Shown one piece after another: positions 19,284-28,568 of a stretch of DNA of 48,776 bases. This DNA is from a virus. Taxonomy: Duplodnaviria > Caudoviricetes. The notes beneath the pieces are model-generated. The model saw only the letters and a list, made by a program, of their open reading frames with translations, was not told the DNA's origin and searched no databases. The first letter of the stretch is position 1. Each line of letters opens with the position of its first letter. The stretch lies in the IMG/VR virus record IMGVR_UViG_3300011114_000473, positions 1 to 48,776 of that record. One strand, written 5' to 3'. Both the position numbers and the translations under genes were made by a program.

Positions 19284-20483
19284 ATGACAGTATCACGGGA
19301 TCAAGCCATCGCATCGGCATTGCGGATCGCGAGGAAGCCGAGGGCAAGCGGAGGTGCGTCCAACGATACGCCAGCGAACCTTGATAGGTTTATGGCGGGG
19401 AACCATCCTGATGTGCCGCGAGTGCTTTATCACGGGACCGGCGTCGATAATCGCGGCACGTTCAAGATGCCCGCGTTCTTCACCTCCGCTCCGCATGGCG
19501 CGAATTGGTATGCACAAGAGCGTGGAGATAATCCTCATATCGCCCCAGTCCATCTTTCAATGAAGAACCCCTTGAATGCCACAAGCAAAGAGGGTGCTTT
19601 TAAGTTGATTGATTTTGCCAAGAAGGCGGGCGTTCATACTGAAGTGAAAGACAGCACACACGGCTGGAGTTTTCACAGCAGAGATATTCCAAAACACAGC
19701 CCGTATGATGGGGATCATCATCTGGACTTGCTTTACATCCCTGCGGTGAGGAATGCGCTACAGAAAGCTGGACATGATGGCGTGATCGCTAGCGATCCGC
19801 TGGGGAGTGACGAGATACCGACATATATCCCCCTCCACCCTCACCAGATCAAGTCCGCCACCGGCAACAACGGGGCATTTGACCCGAACGACCCTGACAT
19901 CACCAAGGCAGGCGGCGGCCCCATAGTTGCTGGCGGCCTCGCCCCGGGCGAACCCCTAGAGCCGAAGGAGCGCGTCCAGGCTGGTGGCACAAAGGTCAAG
20001 ACCCACACCGGCCCGATCCATTCCGCCGTCGCCGGTCGCACCGATCACCTTCCGATGCACGTTCCTGCCGGGGCCTATGTCCTGCCCGCCGACATCATCT
20101 CCGCCATGGGCGAAGGCAACACCATGGCGGGCTTTAAAGTGGCAAAGGATATGTTCGCGCAGCCAACTTATGGAAACGCCTCCCCAGGCGGCGGCGCTCC
20201 CTATGACCAGTACGCTCCCATGCCCTATGGGGTGAGTGTGCCGAGGGCTGCCGGCGGCGAGGTCTATCACGGCTACGCTCGCGGCCACCCCGTTGAGCCG
20301 CCCGCCGATCCCGTTCCTATCATCGCCGCTGGAGGAGAGTTCGTCATCCATCCCCGCGATGTCGCCCGAATCGGCAAGGGCAACATGGATGACGGTCACG
20401 CCATTCTCGACCACTTCGTCAAACAGATGCGCGGCAAGACGGTGAAGACCCTTCAGGGTCTACCCCCGCCGAAGAAGGATTGA
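19284..20483 (+). CDS. Putative internal virion protein carrying an ADP-ribosyltransferase (ART-PolyVal-like) domain and two GEFV-type modules
   Basis: VLYHGT, FFTS...A..YA, PVHLSMKNP, GHDGV and QIKSATGNNGAFDPNDPDI; C-terminal GRTDHLPMHVPAGAYVLPAD and AGGEFVIHP. Confidence 0.75.
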   Translation: MTVSRDQAIASALRIARKPRASGGASNDTPANLDRFMAGNHPDVPRVLYHGTGVDNRGTFKMPAFFTSAPHGANWYAQERGDNPHIAPVHLSMKNPLNATSKEGAFKLIDFAKKAGVHTEVKDSTHGWSFHSRDIPKHSPYDGDHHLDLLYIPAVRNALQKAGHDGVIASDPLGSDEIPTYIPLHPHQIKSATGNNGAFDPNDPDITKAGGGPIVAGGLAPGEPLEPKERVQAGGTKVKTHTGPIHSAVAGRTDHLPMHVPAGAYVLPADIISAMGEGNTMAGFKVAKDMFAQPTYGNASPGGGAPYDQYAPMPYGVSVPRAAGGEVYHGYARGHPVEPPADPVPIIAAGGEFVIHPRDVARIGKGNMDDGHAILDHFVKQMRGKTVKTLQGLPPPKKD

Positions 20484-20485
20484 CC

Positions 20486-21016
20486 ATGCAAGCCATCGCA
20501 CTCGTCAAATCAAATGCCCCCGCCATCAACCTGCGGGTTGGTACGCCCGACGATGTTGACGGGGTCATGGGCCTCGCCATCGCAGCGAGTAAGGAAAACG
20601 GCTTCGTCGATTCCGATCCCGCCGAGATGCTGAACGACATCTGGCCCGCGCTCAATCTCGACGCGGGCATCATGGGCGTGATCGGCGTACCGGGTCAGGC
20701 CCCCGAGGGTGCGGTCCTCCTGCGAATCGGGAAGATGTGGTACTCGAAAGCGCGGGTTCTGGAAGAGAAGGCGATCTTCGTCCATCCGGATTTCCGCAGC
20801 GCGAAGGGCGGACGGGCAAGTCGCCTCTGCGAGTTCTCCAAGCATGTCTCGGACAAGCTGGAATTGCCGTTGGTTATCGGCGTCCTGAGCAATGCCCGGA
20901 CGGATGCGAAACTGCGCCTTTACGAGCGACACTTCGGCCCCCCTGCGGGCGGCTTCTTCCTTCACAACGCCAAGACGGGTCAAGGGGCTCTTGTCCCCGC
21001 CGTCGCTCACGGATAG
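20486..21016 (+). CDS. GNAT-fold protein (P22 gp14-like position)
   Basis: LRVGTPDDV start, FVHPDFRS and KLRLYER motifs; immediately upstream of the MGG- pilot protein. Confidence 0.75.
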   Translation: MQAIALVKSNAPAINLRVGTPDDVDGVMGLAIAASKENGFVDSDPAEMLNDIWPALNLDAGIMGVIGVPGQAPEGAVLLRIGKMWYSKARVLEEKAIFVHPDFRSAKGGRASRLCEFSKHVSDKLELPLVIGVLSNARTDAKLRLYERHFGPPAGGFFLHNAKTGQGALVPAVAHG

Positions 21017-21025
21017 GGCCAGAAA

Positions 21026-24000
21026 ATGGGCGGCAAAACCACACAATCGACCTCACAGGTCCAGATCCCGCCGGACGTTCTGGCGCGATACAACTCGGTC
21101 AACGCCAGAGCGGAAGATACTGCTTCAGCGCCGTTCCAGTCGTATAGCGCGGATCCCAACGCCTTCGTGGCCCCTCTGACGGAAACGCAGGTCGCGGGCG
21201 TCAACAACACGAACGCTGCCAGCGGGATGGCGCAGCCCTATTACAACGCGGCGACAGGTCTAACCGTTTCAGGCGCTCAGTCCGCCGATCCAAGCCAGAT
21301 CAATGCGGGAGCGATCAATCAATACCTCTCCCCCTTCCTGGGCGATGTCTATGCCGCGACCTTGGCGGGTGAGAACCAGCAGAACCAGATCCAGGCTTCG
21401 GGGCTTAAGGGCGAGGCGATCAAGGCGGGCGCTTTTGGCGGAGATCGAGCGGGAGTTGCACAGGCGAATCTCGCCTATAATCAGAACCTCGCCAACACTC
21501 AGAGAAACGCGGAACTCCTGAACACCGGCTACAACACCGCTCTTGGCACAGCCCAGCAGCAGCAGGGCGTTGACCTCGGCGCTCGGCAGCAGAACCTTGC
21601 CCGATTGACCAAAGCGGGTGAACAGATCGCAGGATTGGGAACTACATCCCAGCAAGCGGCGCTTACCGGGGCGCAGGCTCAACTCGCAGCAGGCACGGCG
21701 GAGCAGCAGACCCAGCAGGCGGGCCTGTCGGCTCTCTACAACCAATTCCTTCAGGAGCAGGGCTACCCGTTCCAAGTGTCGCAATTCCTCGCCAACATCG
21801 CCGAGGGTACGGGCGCGCTTTCGGGCAGCACCACAAACACGACCACTCCCGGCGCCGCATTCTCCGACATCCGTCTCAAGGACGACGTGCAGGAGATCGG
21901 CAAGACCTTCGACGGGCAGAAGATCATCCGTTTCCGTTACAAGGGCTCGCCCAAGACACAGATCGGCCTCGTGGCGCAGGATGTCGAAAAGCATCATCCG
22001 CATGCTGTCGGGTTGGCATCTGGCTATAAGACCGTCGATTACGATGAAGCGACACGCCCCGCGGCGAATAAGGGGCATTATGCCAGTGGCGGGTTAGTTC
22101 CTGCGGCGGATGGCGGAACGGTGACGCTCTCCCGGTCTGGCGAGGGCTACGCCTCGGGTGGCGTCACTGGTTATGACCCAGCGGTCTATTCCGACATCCT
22201 ATCCCGCCAACAGGGGATGTATGGGAAGGGCGGCCTTAGCGGTGCGCAGATTTTTGGTGGCCCGCATGGGATCGCCATTTCTTCCGGCCCGAAACGCGAT
22301 CTGGTCACATCGAAGTACCTGCCGCAGGCGCAGCCCAGCACCGCCTCCCAAGTCATGGATGGTGCGGATCAGGCTCGGAAGTTCGCGGGCACGGCCAAGA
22401 GCGGATACCAAGGATACAAGGATCTCAAGGACTGGTGGAACAAGCCCAACGAAGATGACATCACCGCAAAGAAGGGCTTCAACGACGACAACAGCGGCAA
22501 CCTGATCGGGTCCGAATCCGATAGCGCCGCCGATATTGATGCCAGCCTCGCCGATGAAGGCGGTGGTGGCATGATGGGCGGCGTCATGGGCGGCGGGCCG
22601 ACGAGCGGCTTCGGCGGCTGGAAGCGTGGGGGCCTTGTTCCCCACGGCTACGCCGGCGGCGGAGACGTAGACCCCTATGCGCTGAAAGACGGTGACACCT
22701 CTTATGTGCCGCAAGATGAAGGTGGGGGCAATGGTGGTGCAGATCATGGCGGTCTGAAGTCGGCCCCTCCTCCGAAGGTCCAGCCCAAGGATCCCGCTGG
22801 TGGTGCGATGAAGGGTGCCATGACCGGCGCGACTTCGGGTGCGATGTTCGGTCCCTGGGGTGCTGTCATCGGTGGTGTTGGCGGCGCGCTTTATGGCGGG
22901 TTGAGCAACAGCAACCGGGGCGGACGGATCAACCGCTATTCGGGCGGGCTCGTTCGTCATGGATATGATGACGGCGGGGATGTGGATCCTGACGCGTCCC
23001 CCGAAACTCAAGCCCCTCGACCATGGCGTCTCTTCGATCCCATCGGCCCATCGTATAGCGAGCGATCCGCCGCAGCCGCTGAGGCGGATCGTCAGCGCCG
23101 CGACGCGCAGGAGGCTATCGATTCGACCACGGTGAACCCTAGCCCCACAGATTGGCAGCAACAATTTGCGGATGATGCGAAACGAAGCCGTGCCGACGCG
23201 CGCGCGCGCCGTGAAGATGGACTCACAGGGCCGCCGGCACGCGATTCTCCAGCGCCGACGAAAGAGCCGCCCGTTGCAGCGCCAGCCCCGGCACGCGATT
23301 CTCCAGCGCCGACGAAAGAGCCGCCCGTTGCAGCGCCTCCGGTTGCGAAAAACGCTCCCGCCCCTCGTGCGCTCTTCGTCCCGCCGTTTGAAAAGTCTTC
23401 CGGTCTTGGTGGCGCAGAACGCCCGGTATCTCGACCGCTGGCTGCGGGTGCGTCCCCGCATTCGGACAAGCCTGGATTCCTTTCTCAACTCGGCGATTTC
23501 GTGACGAGCGAGAAAGGCATCATCCCGATCCTCACCGGCATTGGAGCCATGGCCTCGAGCCCGAGCCGTTACGGATGGGCAGCCGCTCTACAAGGTCTTG
23601 GTGCTGGCGCTCAAGCCTATGAAGGCGTCCAGAACCAGATGCAGAAGCGGGAACAGTCTGAGGCGCAGACACAGGGCTTCCGTCTCGCCAATGTCAAAGG
23701 ATCCATTACCCCGCCCATCGGTCAGAAGACCTTGGTCCGTGATCCCGCCACCGGGAACCCTGTCTATATGTCCAATAACGAGTTCTATGAGAGAACCCGC
23801 GCCGGAGAACGCATCCAAGTTCTGGGCGATGGGCCGGGTGCGACAGGCGGAGGAATCCCAACGGGTGGCGATCAGACCACTCCGGGCGCGCAGAGCTACG
23901 CCCCGAAGTCACAGGCGCCGACAGTCACCCCCGGCGTTACCTATGACGACAAATCCCGTCAATCGGCGCTTCGGGAAATTCCGATGGGCCCCGGACAGCA

Positions 24001-24679
24001 GGCGTTGAGCGACAAGACCTACGGCGAAGTGATGCAGGCGGCGGATATTGGCCGCCAAGGTCGCCCCATGATGCTGGAGACGGTCAGTCAGATCGCGAGC
24101 GCCAACCAAAACGCCGCGCTCGGAACTCCTGGCGCATCCTTTAGCGGCCGCGCGGCGGCGACGAACGTGCTCAATACGCTCGCCCGAGCCATGGGGTTGA
24201 ACGCTCCTTTCGGGGAACAGGACGAGCAGAAGGCGATAGTTGACAAGGTTCGCACGCTGGAAGCGGCCCTCCTGGCGAATGGCGGCGATCAGCGCGCCAT
24301 CTCCGCCATTCAAGTCCTCATGGGCACATACCCGAGCCTTGACATGCCACCAGCCGCAGCGGCGGAGCTTGCGGCTCAATTGATGACGGCGAGGCAGCGG
24401 ACCATCGACCGCGCGATCCATATGCGCCAATACAAGGACGATGCCGACACCTCTAATGGCTCTGTTATGAACGAAGCAACCGACTTTGAACGCGCCCAGG
24501 CCGATCGGTATCAGCGCGAGACCAAGATCATCGGCAACCTCATCTTGGACCCGTCTGGGAACGGGGCAAAGGCGCTGGAGAGTATGCGCCGCGGTGAAGC
24601 GTCACCTAGACAGATCGATAATTGGTTCACCAAACATTACGGGCTTAGTGGCATGAGCCGGTATTTCAGGGCGGATTAG
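21026..24679 (+). CDS. Large DNA ejection/pilot protein with an internal peptidase S74 (intramolecular chaperone) domain
   Basis: MGGKTTQSTS start, Gln/Ala-rich helices, FSDIRLK...IGLVAQDVE...YKTVDY (about 21860-22050), glycine-zipper segments and many xxxGG motifs. Confidence 0.75.
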   Translation: MGGKTTQSTSQVQIPPDVLARYNSVNARAEDTASAPFQSYSADPNAFVAPLTETQVAGVNNTNAASGMAQPYYNAATGLTVSGAQSADPSQINAGAINQYLSPFLGDVYAATLAGENQQNQIQASGLKGEAIKAGAFGGDRAGVAQANLAYNQNLANTQRNAELLNTGYNTALGTAQQQQGVDLGARQQNLARLTKAGEQIAGLGTTSQQAALTGAQAQLAAGTAEQQTQQAGLSALYNQFLQEQGYPFQVSQFLANIAEGTGALSGSTTNTTTPGAAFSDIRLKDDVQEIGKTFDGQKIIRFRYKGSPKTQIGLVAQDVEKHHPHAVGLASGYKTVDYDEATRPAANKGHYASGGLVPAADGGTVTLSRSGEGYASGGVTGYDPAVYSDILSRQQGMYGKGGLSGAQIFGGPHGIAISSGPKRDLVTSKYLPQAQPSTASQVMDGADQARKFAGTAKSGYQGYKDLKDWWNKPNEDDITAKKGFNDDNSGNLIGSESDSAADIDASLADEGGGGMMGGVMGGGPTSGFGGWKRGGLVPHGYAGGGDVDPYALKDGDTSYVPQDEGGGNGGADHGGLKSAPPPKVQPKDPAGGAMKGAMTGATSGAMFGPWGAVIGGVGGALYGGLSNSNRGGRINRYSGGLVRHGYDDGGDVDPDASPETQAPRPWRLFDPIGPSYSERSAAAAEADRQRRDAQEAIDSTTVNPSPTDWQQQFADDAKRSRADARARREDGLTGPPARDSPAPTKEPPVAAPAPARDSPAPTKEPPVAAPPVAKNAPAPRALFVPPFEKSSGLGGAERPVSRPLAAGASPHSDKPGFLSQLGDFVTSEKGIIPILTGIGAMASSPSRYGWAAALQGLGAGAQAYEGVQNQMQKREQSEAQTQGFRLANVKGSITPPIGQKTLVRDPATGNPVYMSNNEFYERTRAGERIQVLGDGPGATGGGIPTGGDQTTPGAQSYAPKSQAPTVTPGVTYDDKSRQSALREIPMGPGQQALSDKTYGEVMQAADIGRQGRPMMLETVSQIASANQNAALGTPGASFSGRAAATNVLNTLARAMGLNAPFGEQDEQKAIVDKVRTLEAALLANGGDQRAISAIQVLMGTYPSLDMPPAAAAELAAQLMTARQRTIDRAIHMRQYKDDADTSNGSVMNEATDFERAQADRYQRETKIIGNLILDPSGNGAKALESMRRGEASPRQIDNWFTKHYGLSGMSRYFRAD
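23234..23337 (+). repeat. Perfect 50-bp direct repeat, 54-bp period (PARDSPAPTKEPPVAAP x2)
   Basis: Copies at 23234-23283 and 23288-23337. Confidence 0.9.
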
Positions 24680-24681
24680 TC

Positions 24682-26985
24682 ATGGACACCACTGACGACG
24701 ACCTCGGGCCGCTTGCTGGTTTTAGCCCTGCCGCACTCCCTGTTTCCGAGGTTGCCGGTGGCGACGACGACCTTGGGCCACTTGCTGCGTTTGTGCCAGG
24801 GCAGGGGAACACCAAGCCACCACCCGGCGGGAATAAGCCACCACCAAAGGTCGGTCCGGAACCCGGTGACGATACCAACTACGCCGAGATGGGCTGGAGC
24901 CCCGTCCTCAACTCGGCCATCGGGAATTTCGGCAAGAGTGGCAGGAAAGAACTGTCCGCGGTTTATGATACCGTTGCCCATCCCATCGAGACGGCGAAGG
25001 CCATCGGGCAGATCGGAACGGGGATTGGCTCCAAGGTTTCCGGTTATTTCGGCGCGCAGCAGGATCCGAAGCAGAAAGCCACAGATGAGGCTGCCGCAAA
25101 CGCGATAGGCGAACATTTCAGCAATTATTTTGAGCCGGGGGGCCTGAAGAAGGCCATCGCCAATGATCCGGTCTCGGTGCTTATGGATTTCAGCACCGTG
25201 GCGTCAGGCGGGCAACTGGCTCTTGGCCGCGCTCCCGGCTTGATTGGCAAGGCCGCGCGGGTCGCGGGCAGCGTGGGATCGGCGGTTGATCCGATTCAAA
25301 ACGTATGGCGAGTGGCGAAGGTCGGGGCATACCTGCCGCAGAAGTTGGTCAAAGCGGTTGTCCCTCACTTCCAGGCTGCGGGGACGGGCGTGGATGCTAA
25401 CGCATTTAAGCTGGCTGGTGAATTTGGCGCTTCTTCGGATCCGGTTGTAAAAGAAGCCTTCCGGATGGGCGTCAAAGACAAGACATCAGGCTACACGCTC
25501 GTTGATAAGGTCGATGATGGGATTAGAGACATCGCCGACGACAGAGGTGCCGCGTATGTCAAGCAGGCGAGGCGAGAGGGAGTGAAGGGTGCTGCCCCCG
25601 GCACGATGCCCGCTCTGGATTGGCGGCCAATTAATGACGCCGTGTCCAAAATCAAAAACGAAATTTACGCGACTGACCAATTCGGAAGGGTCGTCGAAAA
25701 TGTGCCCGAGGCAATCCCCGCCTACAACAAAATCGTGGCAGAAATAGCAAACCGGCAAGCGTCACTACCGGGATCGACACATCATACTCTTGAGGGGTTC
25801 GACGGCCTCAAGAAAAACATCAGTTCCGTGATCGATAGCGCAGGCCCGAATCAGTCTCAACGCTGGGTCGGAACGGCGATGTATAACGCTGTTCTCGATG
25901 AAATTACCAAGAAGCATCCCGGCTACGCCGCGATTATGAAAGAGTATCAGGACGCATCAAAGCAGCTGAAGGATCTCCGGGCAAGCCTTGGTGCTGGCAA
26001 GTCTGGCAATGCGGCGGCGGCAAGCGGACAGATGGTCAAGATATTGCGGCAATACAAAAAGGGCGATCCAGGCAATTTGATCGCTGCGCTTGCGGCAAAA
26101 GATCCCACAATTATCCCGATGCTGACCGGTCGTGCGTTAAGCGAAGTACTCCCCGGCGGCTTGCGCGGATTTTTCGAGACCCCCGCCGCTATCGCCGCTT
26201 TCATGGTTCATCCGGCATTGCCTCTTAGTCTCGTTGGAAGTTCCCCCCGCATTATGGGGGAACTCAATTATCGCGCTGGGCAGGCAACAAGATTGCCGGG
26301 GCAAGTAACGCCGTTAAGAGGCGACCTAGCTTATCAGGGGGCGGCGCTGACGCATGAGCAGCAGCAACCAAATTCCCCCACGCAGCAGCGGCCGCAGGTT
26401 CTTCCTGTGCAGACGCAGAAGCCCGTCCTTTCGGGGGCGGCATTGCCTCGGAACATGAGGAACAACAATCCGGCGAACATCGAGGATGGGCCGTATGCCC
26501 GATCCCAACCGGGCTATGCTGGCGGTGATGGCCGCTTCGCCCGATTCCAATCCCAGGCCCATGGGGACGCTGCGGGGGATGGGCTTCTTCGCCGCTACGG
26601 ATCTATGGGGCGCGATACGCCGGAGAAGGTCGTCACGAAGTGGTCCCCCTACGAAGACAATCCGGCCGCATCTGTCCGCGCCTCAATCGCCCGTGTCGCA
26701 TCGGCGCTCGGCGTTCGCGCGGACGACCGGATCGACATGATGAACCCGGAGATCCGCAAGAAGGTCTATGCGGCCATTGTGCGTGGCGAGGCAAATACCG
26801 GTGGTCGTATCCAGCGCGCGACCGGTGGCAAGGTTCAGCGGGTCAACCACGAGGCCGAGGCGGCAAAACTTGTCAGAGCGGCTGATGCGTCGCGCAAGCG
26901 GCTCGGCGAGCGAACGGAGCCCTTGCTTGATAGTTCGGACACCATGGTCGCTCACGCCCTGGCGGTGGTCAATAAAGCGATCTGA
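24682..26985 (+). CDS. DNA ejection protein with a C-terminal lysozyme-like (RNNNPxNI) domain
   Basis: 767 aa; RNNNPANI...RFARF...KWSP..DN muralytic-like motif near 26450-26795; SSPRIMGE; terminal NTGG and RATGG motifs. Confidence 0.7.
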   Translation: MDTTDDDLGPLAGFSPAALPVSEVAGGDDDLGPLAAFVPGQGNTKPPPGGNKPPPKVGPEPGDDTNYAEMGWSPVLNSAIGNFGKSGRKELSAVYDTVAHPIETAKAIGQIGTGIGSKVSGYFGAQQDPKQKATDEAAANAIGEHFSNYFEPGGLKKAIANDPVSVLMDFSTVASGGQLALGRAPGLIGKAARVAGSVGSAVDPIQNVWRVAKVGAYLPQKLVKAVVPHFQAAGTGVDANAFKLAGEFGASSDPVVKEAFRMGVKDKTSGYTLVDKVDDGIRDIADDRGAAYVKQARREGVKGAAPGTMPALDWRPINDAVSKIKNEIYATDQFGRVVENVPEAIPAYNKIVAEIANRQASLPGSTHHTLEGFDGLKKNISSVIDSAGPNQSQRWVGTAMYNAVLDEITKKHPGYAAIMKEYQDASKQLKDLRASLGAGKSGNAAAASGQMVKILRQYKKGDPGNLIAALAAKDPTIIPMLTGRALSEVLPGGLRGFFETPAAIAAFMVHPALPLSLVGSSPRIMGELNYRAGQATRLPGQVTPLRGDLAYQGAALTHEQQQPNSPTQQRPQVLPVQTQKPVLSGAALPRNMRNNNPANIEDGPYARSQPGYAGGDGRFARFQSQAHGDAAGDGLLRRYGSMGRDTPEKVVTKWSPYEDNPAASVRASIARVASALGVRADDRIDMMNPEIRKKVYAAIVRGEANTGGRIQRATGGKVQRVNHEAEAAKLVRAADASRKRLGERTEPLLDSSDTMVAHALAVVNKAI

Positions 26986-27043
26986 TTGGGACATTGACTA
27001 CTCTCTGGAACGTGCCATTTTTGTATGCGGAGGCACGTTGCAA

Positions 27044-27310
27044 ATGAACACATCAGATCAGGTTGTCGATGGCATAGGAAAAGCCTCGGCGTTGTTTGCT
27101 GTCGCGTTCGTCTGTGTTGGACTGTTCGCCCATTATCCGCTGTTTTTCGTGGCTGCGGGCGTCGTCTTCGTTCTGGGTAAGATTGTCCAATCAATACCCT
27201 TTGCTTCTGCTGCGGTCATGGGGATCGCAAAGTTCGTGTTCTGTAGCCTGTATGGATTTGGGGCCTGTTGGTTCTTGGTGTTTCTGTTGTCTTTGATCCA
27301 GCCCCAATAG
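27044..27310 (+). CDS. Small integral membrane protein (moron-like)
   Basis: 88 aa, about 3 hydrophobic segments, T-rich atypical codons, GGAGG RBS, upstream TTGACT-N16-CATTTT. Confidence 0.6.
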   Translation: MNTSDQVVDGIGKASALFAVAFVCVGLFAHYPLFFVAAGVVFVLGKIVQSIPFASAAVMGIAKFVFCSLYGFGACWFLVFLLSLIQPQ

Positions 27311-27350
27311 CCAGTCTTAATCCCAGGCGGGTTTCGTGTTAATATTCGTC

Positions 27351-27446
27351 GCCTTTCCTCGGCGGAGAGGCCCGCAAGTTTCCGCTCCTAAGTCTCCCCG
27401 GTGGACGACGATGGCGCATCCTCTCCGAGGATCCCTTCGTCATGGC
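27351..27446 (+). promoter_or_regulatory. Structured 5' leader, copy A (CCYCGGYG hairpin loops plus an RBS-sequestering stem)
   Basis: GCCTTTCC/GGAGAGGC hairpin; GACGATGG/CCTTCGTC and ATCCTC/GAGGAT stems over the SD; about 45/57 identical to copy B. Confidence 0.7.
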
Positions 27447-28488
27447 CTCATCCTACACCACCAACAAGCGCATCGAGAAACCCGCCCATAACGACGATGT
27501 CGATACATGGGAAGTTCCCGTTAACAGCAATTCGGACATTCTCGACAAGGCGTTGGGAGGCACCACTTCCCTGGTGGTTACGGGCCTGACGGGGACCACC
27601 ACGCTTGCCGCAGCGGACTATCGATCTCTCATCCTCGCGATCTCGGGCGTTCTCACCGCGAATGTCACCTACTCGATCCCTTCAGGCGTCGGTGGCTCTT
27701 GGGTCGTGGTCAACACGACGACCGGCGCATTCAATGTCGTCCTTGCCTCGGCAGGCGGCGGAACATCGGTCACGACCGTCCAGGGAGGCACGTCGATCCT
27801 CTTCTGCAACGGGACGAATGTCGCCCAGGCGGTGAACCAGTCCCAGATTTCAGCCGCGATGGCCCCCGTGGTTTCGGCAGCAACCATTCTTGCTGGCATG
27901 GATCTTCTGGCCGCCTCGGGCGCGACCTTCGGCAGCAACGTGACGGTCACGGGGAATGAAACGGTTACGGGGACGCTCGGCCTCGGTGGTCTTCTTACGC
28001 TGAACACGGGCGCGAACTTCGCCGCACTCTCCGCTGGCGCAGCTCTTGTACTCGACGGGTCCAAGAACGCTGTCGCCATCGCGCCCGGCACGTCGGGGAA
28101 TGTGCTTACATCGACCGGAACCGGTTGGGCTTCCTCGGTGGTTCCCATCCTGCCGCGTTACGGAACCCAATGTATCAAGAATCCTGCGGTGGCAGGAACG
28201 ATCACCGTACAGGCCCACGGTCTCGGCGCGATCCCTGATGAAGTGTCCTTCTATCTTGAATGCCTAGTCATCGACGCCGGATATACGGTCGGCCAGCGGC
28301 TCTATTTCCAATCGGGCGCGCAGGATCCTCTGTCTCAAGGCGTCACAATCATGGCGGACGCTACGAACACGTCGATTGCCATCGGTGGTGGTGGGCTTTT
28401 CTACGTCCAGAACGGCTCGACCGCCGCTCTCTCATCGCTCACAGCCGCAAGCTGGAAGGTCGTCGTCACCCCGCAGATCAACTCATAA
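27442..28488 (+). CDS. Tail fibre / tail needle-like structural protein
   Basis: MASSYTTNKRIEKPA...TWEVPVNSN..ILDKALGG head-binding-type N-terminus; GTSGNVLTSTGTG fibre repeat. Confidence 0.75.
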   Translation: MASSYTTNKRIEKPAHNDDVDTWEVPVNSNSDILDKALGGTTSLVVTGLTGTTTLAAADYRSLILAISGVLTANVTYSIPSGVGGSWVVVNTTTGAFNVVLASAGGGTSVTTVQGGTSILFCNGTNVAQAVNQSQISAAMAPVVSAATILAGMDLLAASGATFGSNVTVTGNETVTGTLGLGGLLTLNTGANFAALSAGAALVLDGSKNAVAIAPGTSGNVLTSTGTGWASSVVPILPRYGTQCIKNPAVAGTITVQAHGLGAIPDEVSFYLECLVIDAGYTVGQRLYFQSGAQDPLSQGVTIMADATNTSIAIGGGGLFYVQNGSTAALSSLTAASWKVVVTPQINS

Positions 28489-28490
28489 TG

Positions 28491-28526
28491 AGAACATAAG
28501 TAACTTATGTAACTTTCTTATGTTCT
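28491..28526. promoter_or_regulatory. AT-rich nested palindrome upstream of the capsid operon
   Basis: AGAACATAAG...CTTATGTTCT outer inverted repeat and ACATAAG-TAA-CTTATGT inner inverted repeat. Confidence 0.5.
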
Positions 28527-28568
28527 TTTCGTGTGATCTGTGGTAGCAACTTAACTGTGCCTGATGGC

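Noticed and set aside
23234-23337. 50-bp duplication as a regulatory or mobile feature
   Set aside because: In-frame expansion of a Pro-rich linker; ordinary slippage explains it.
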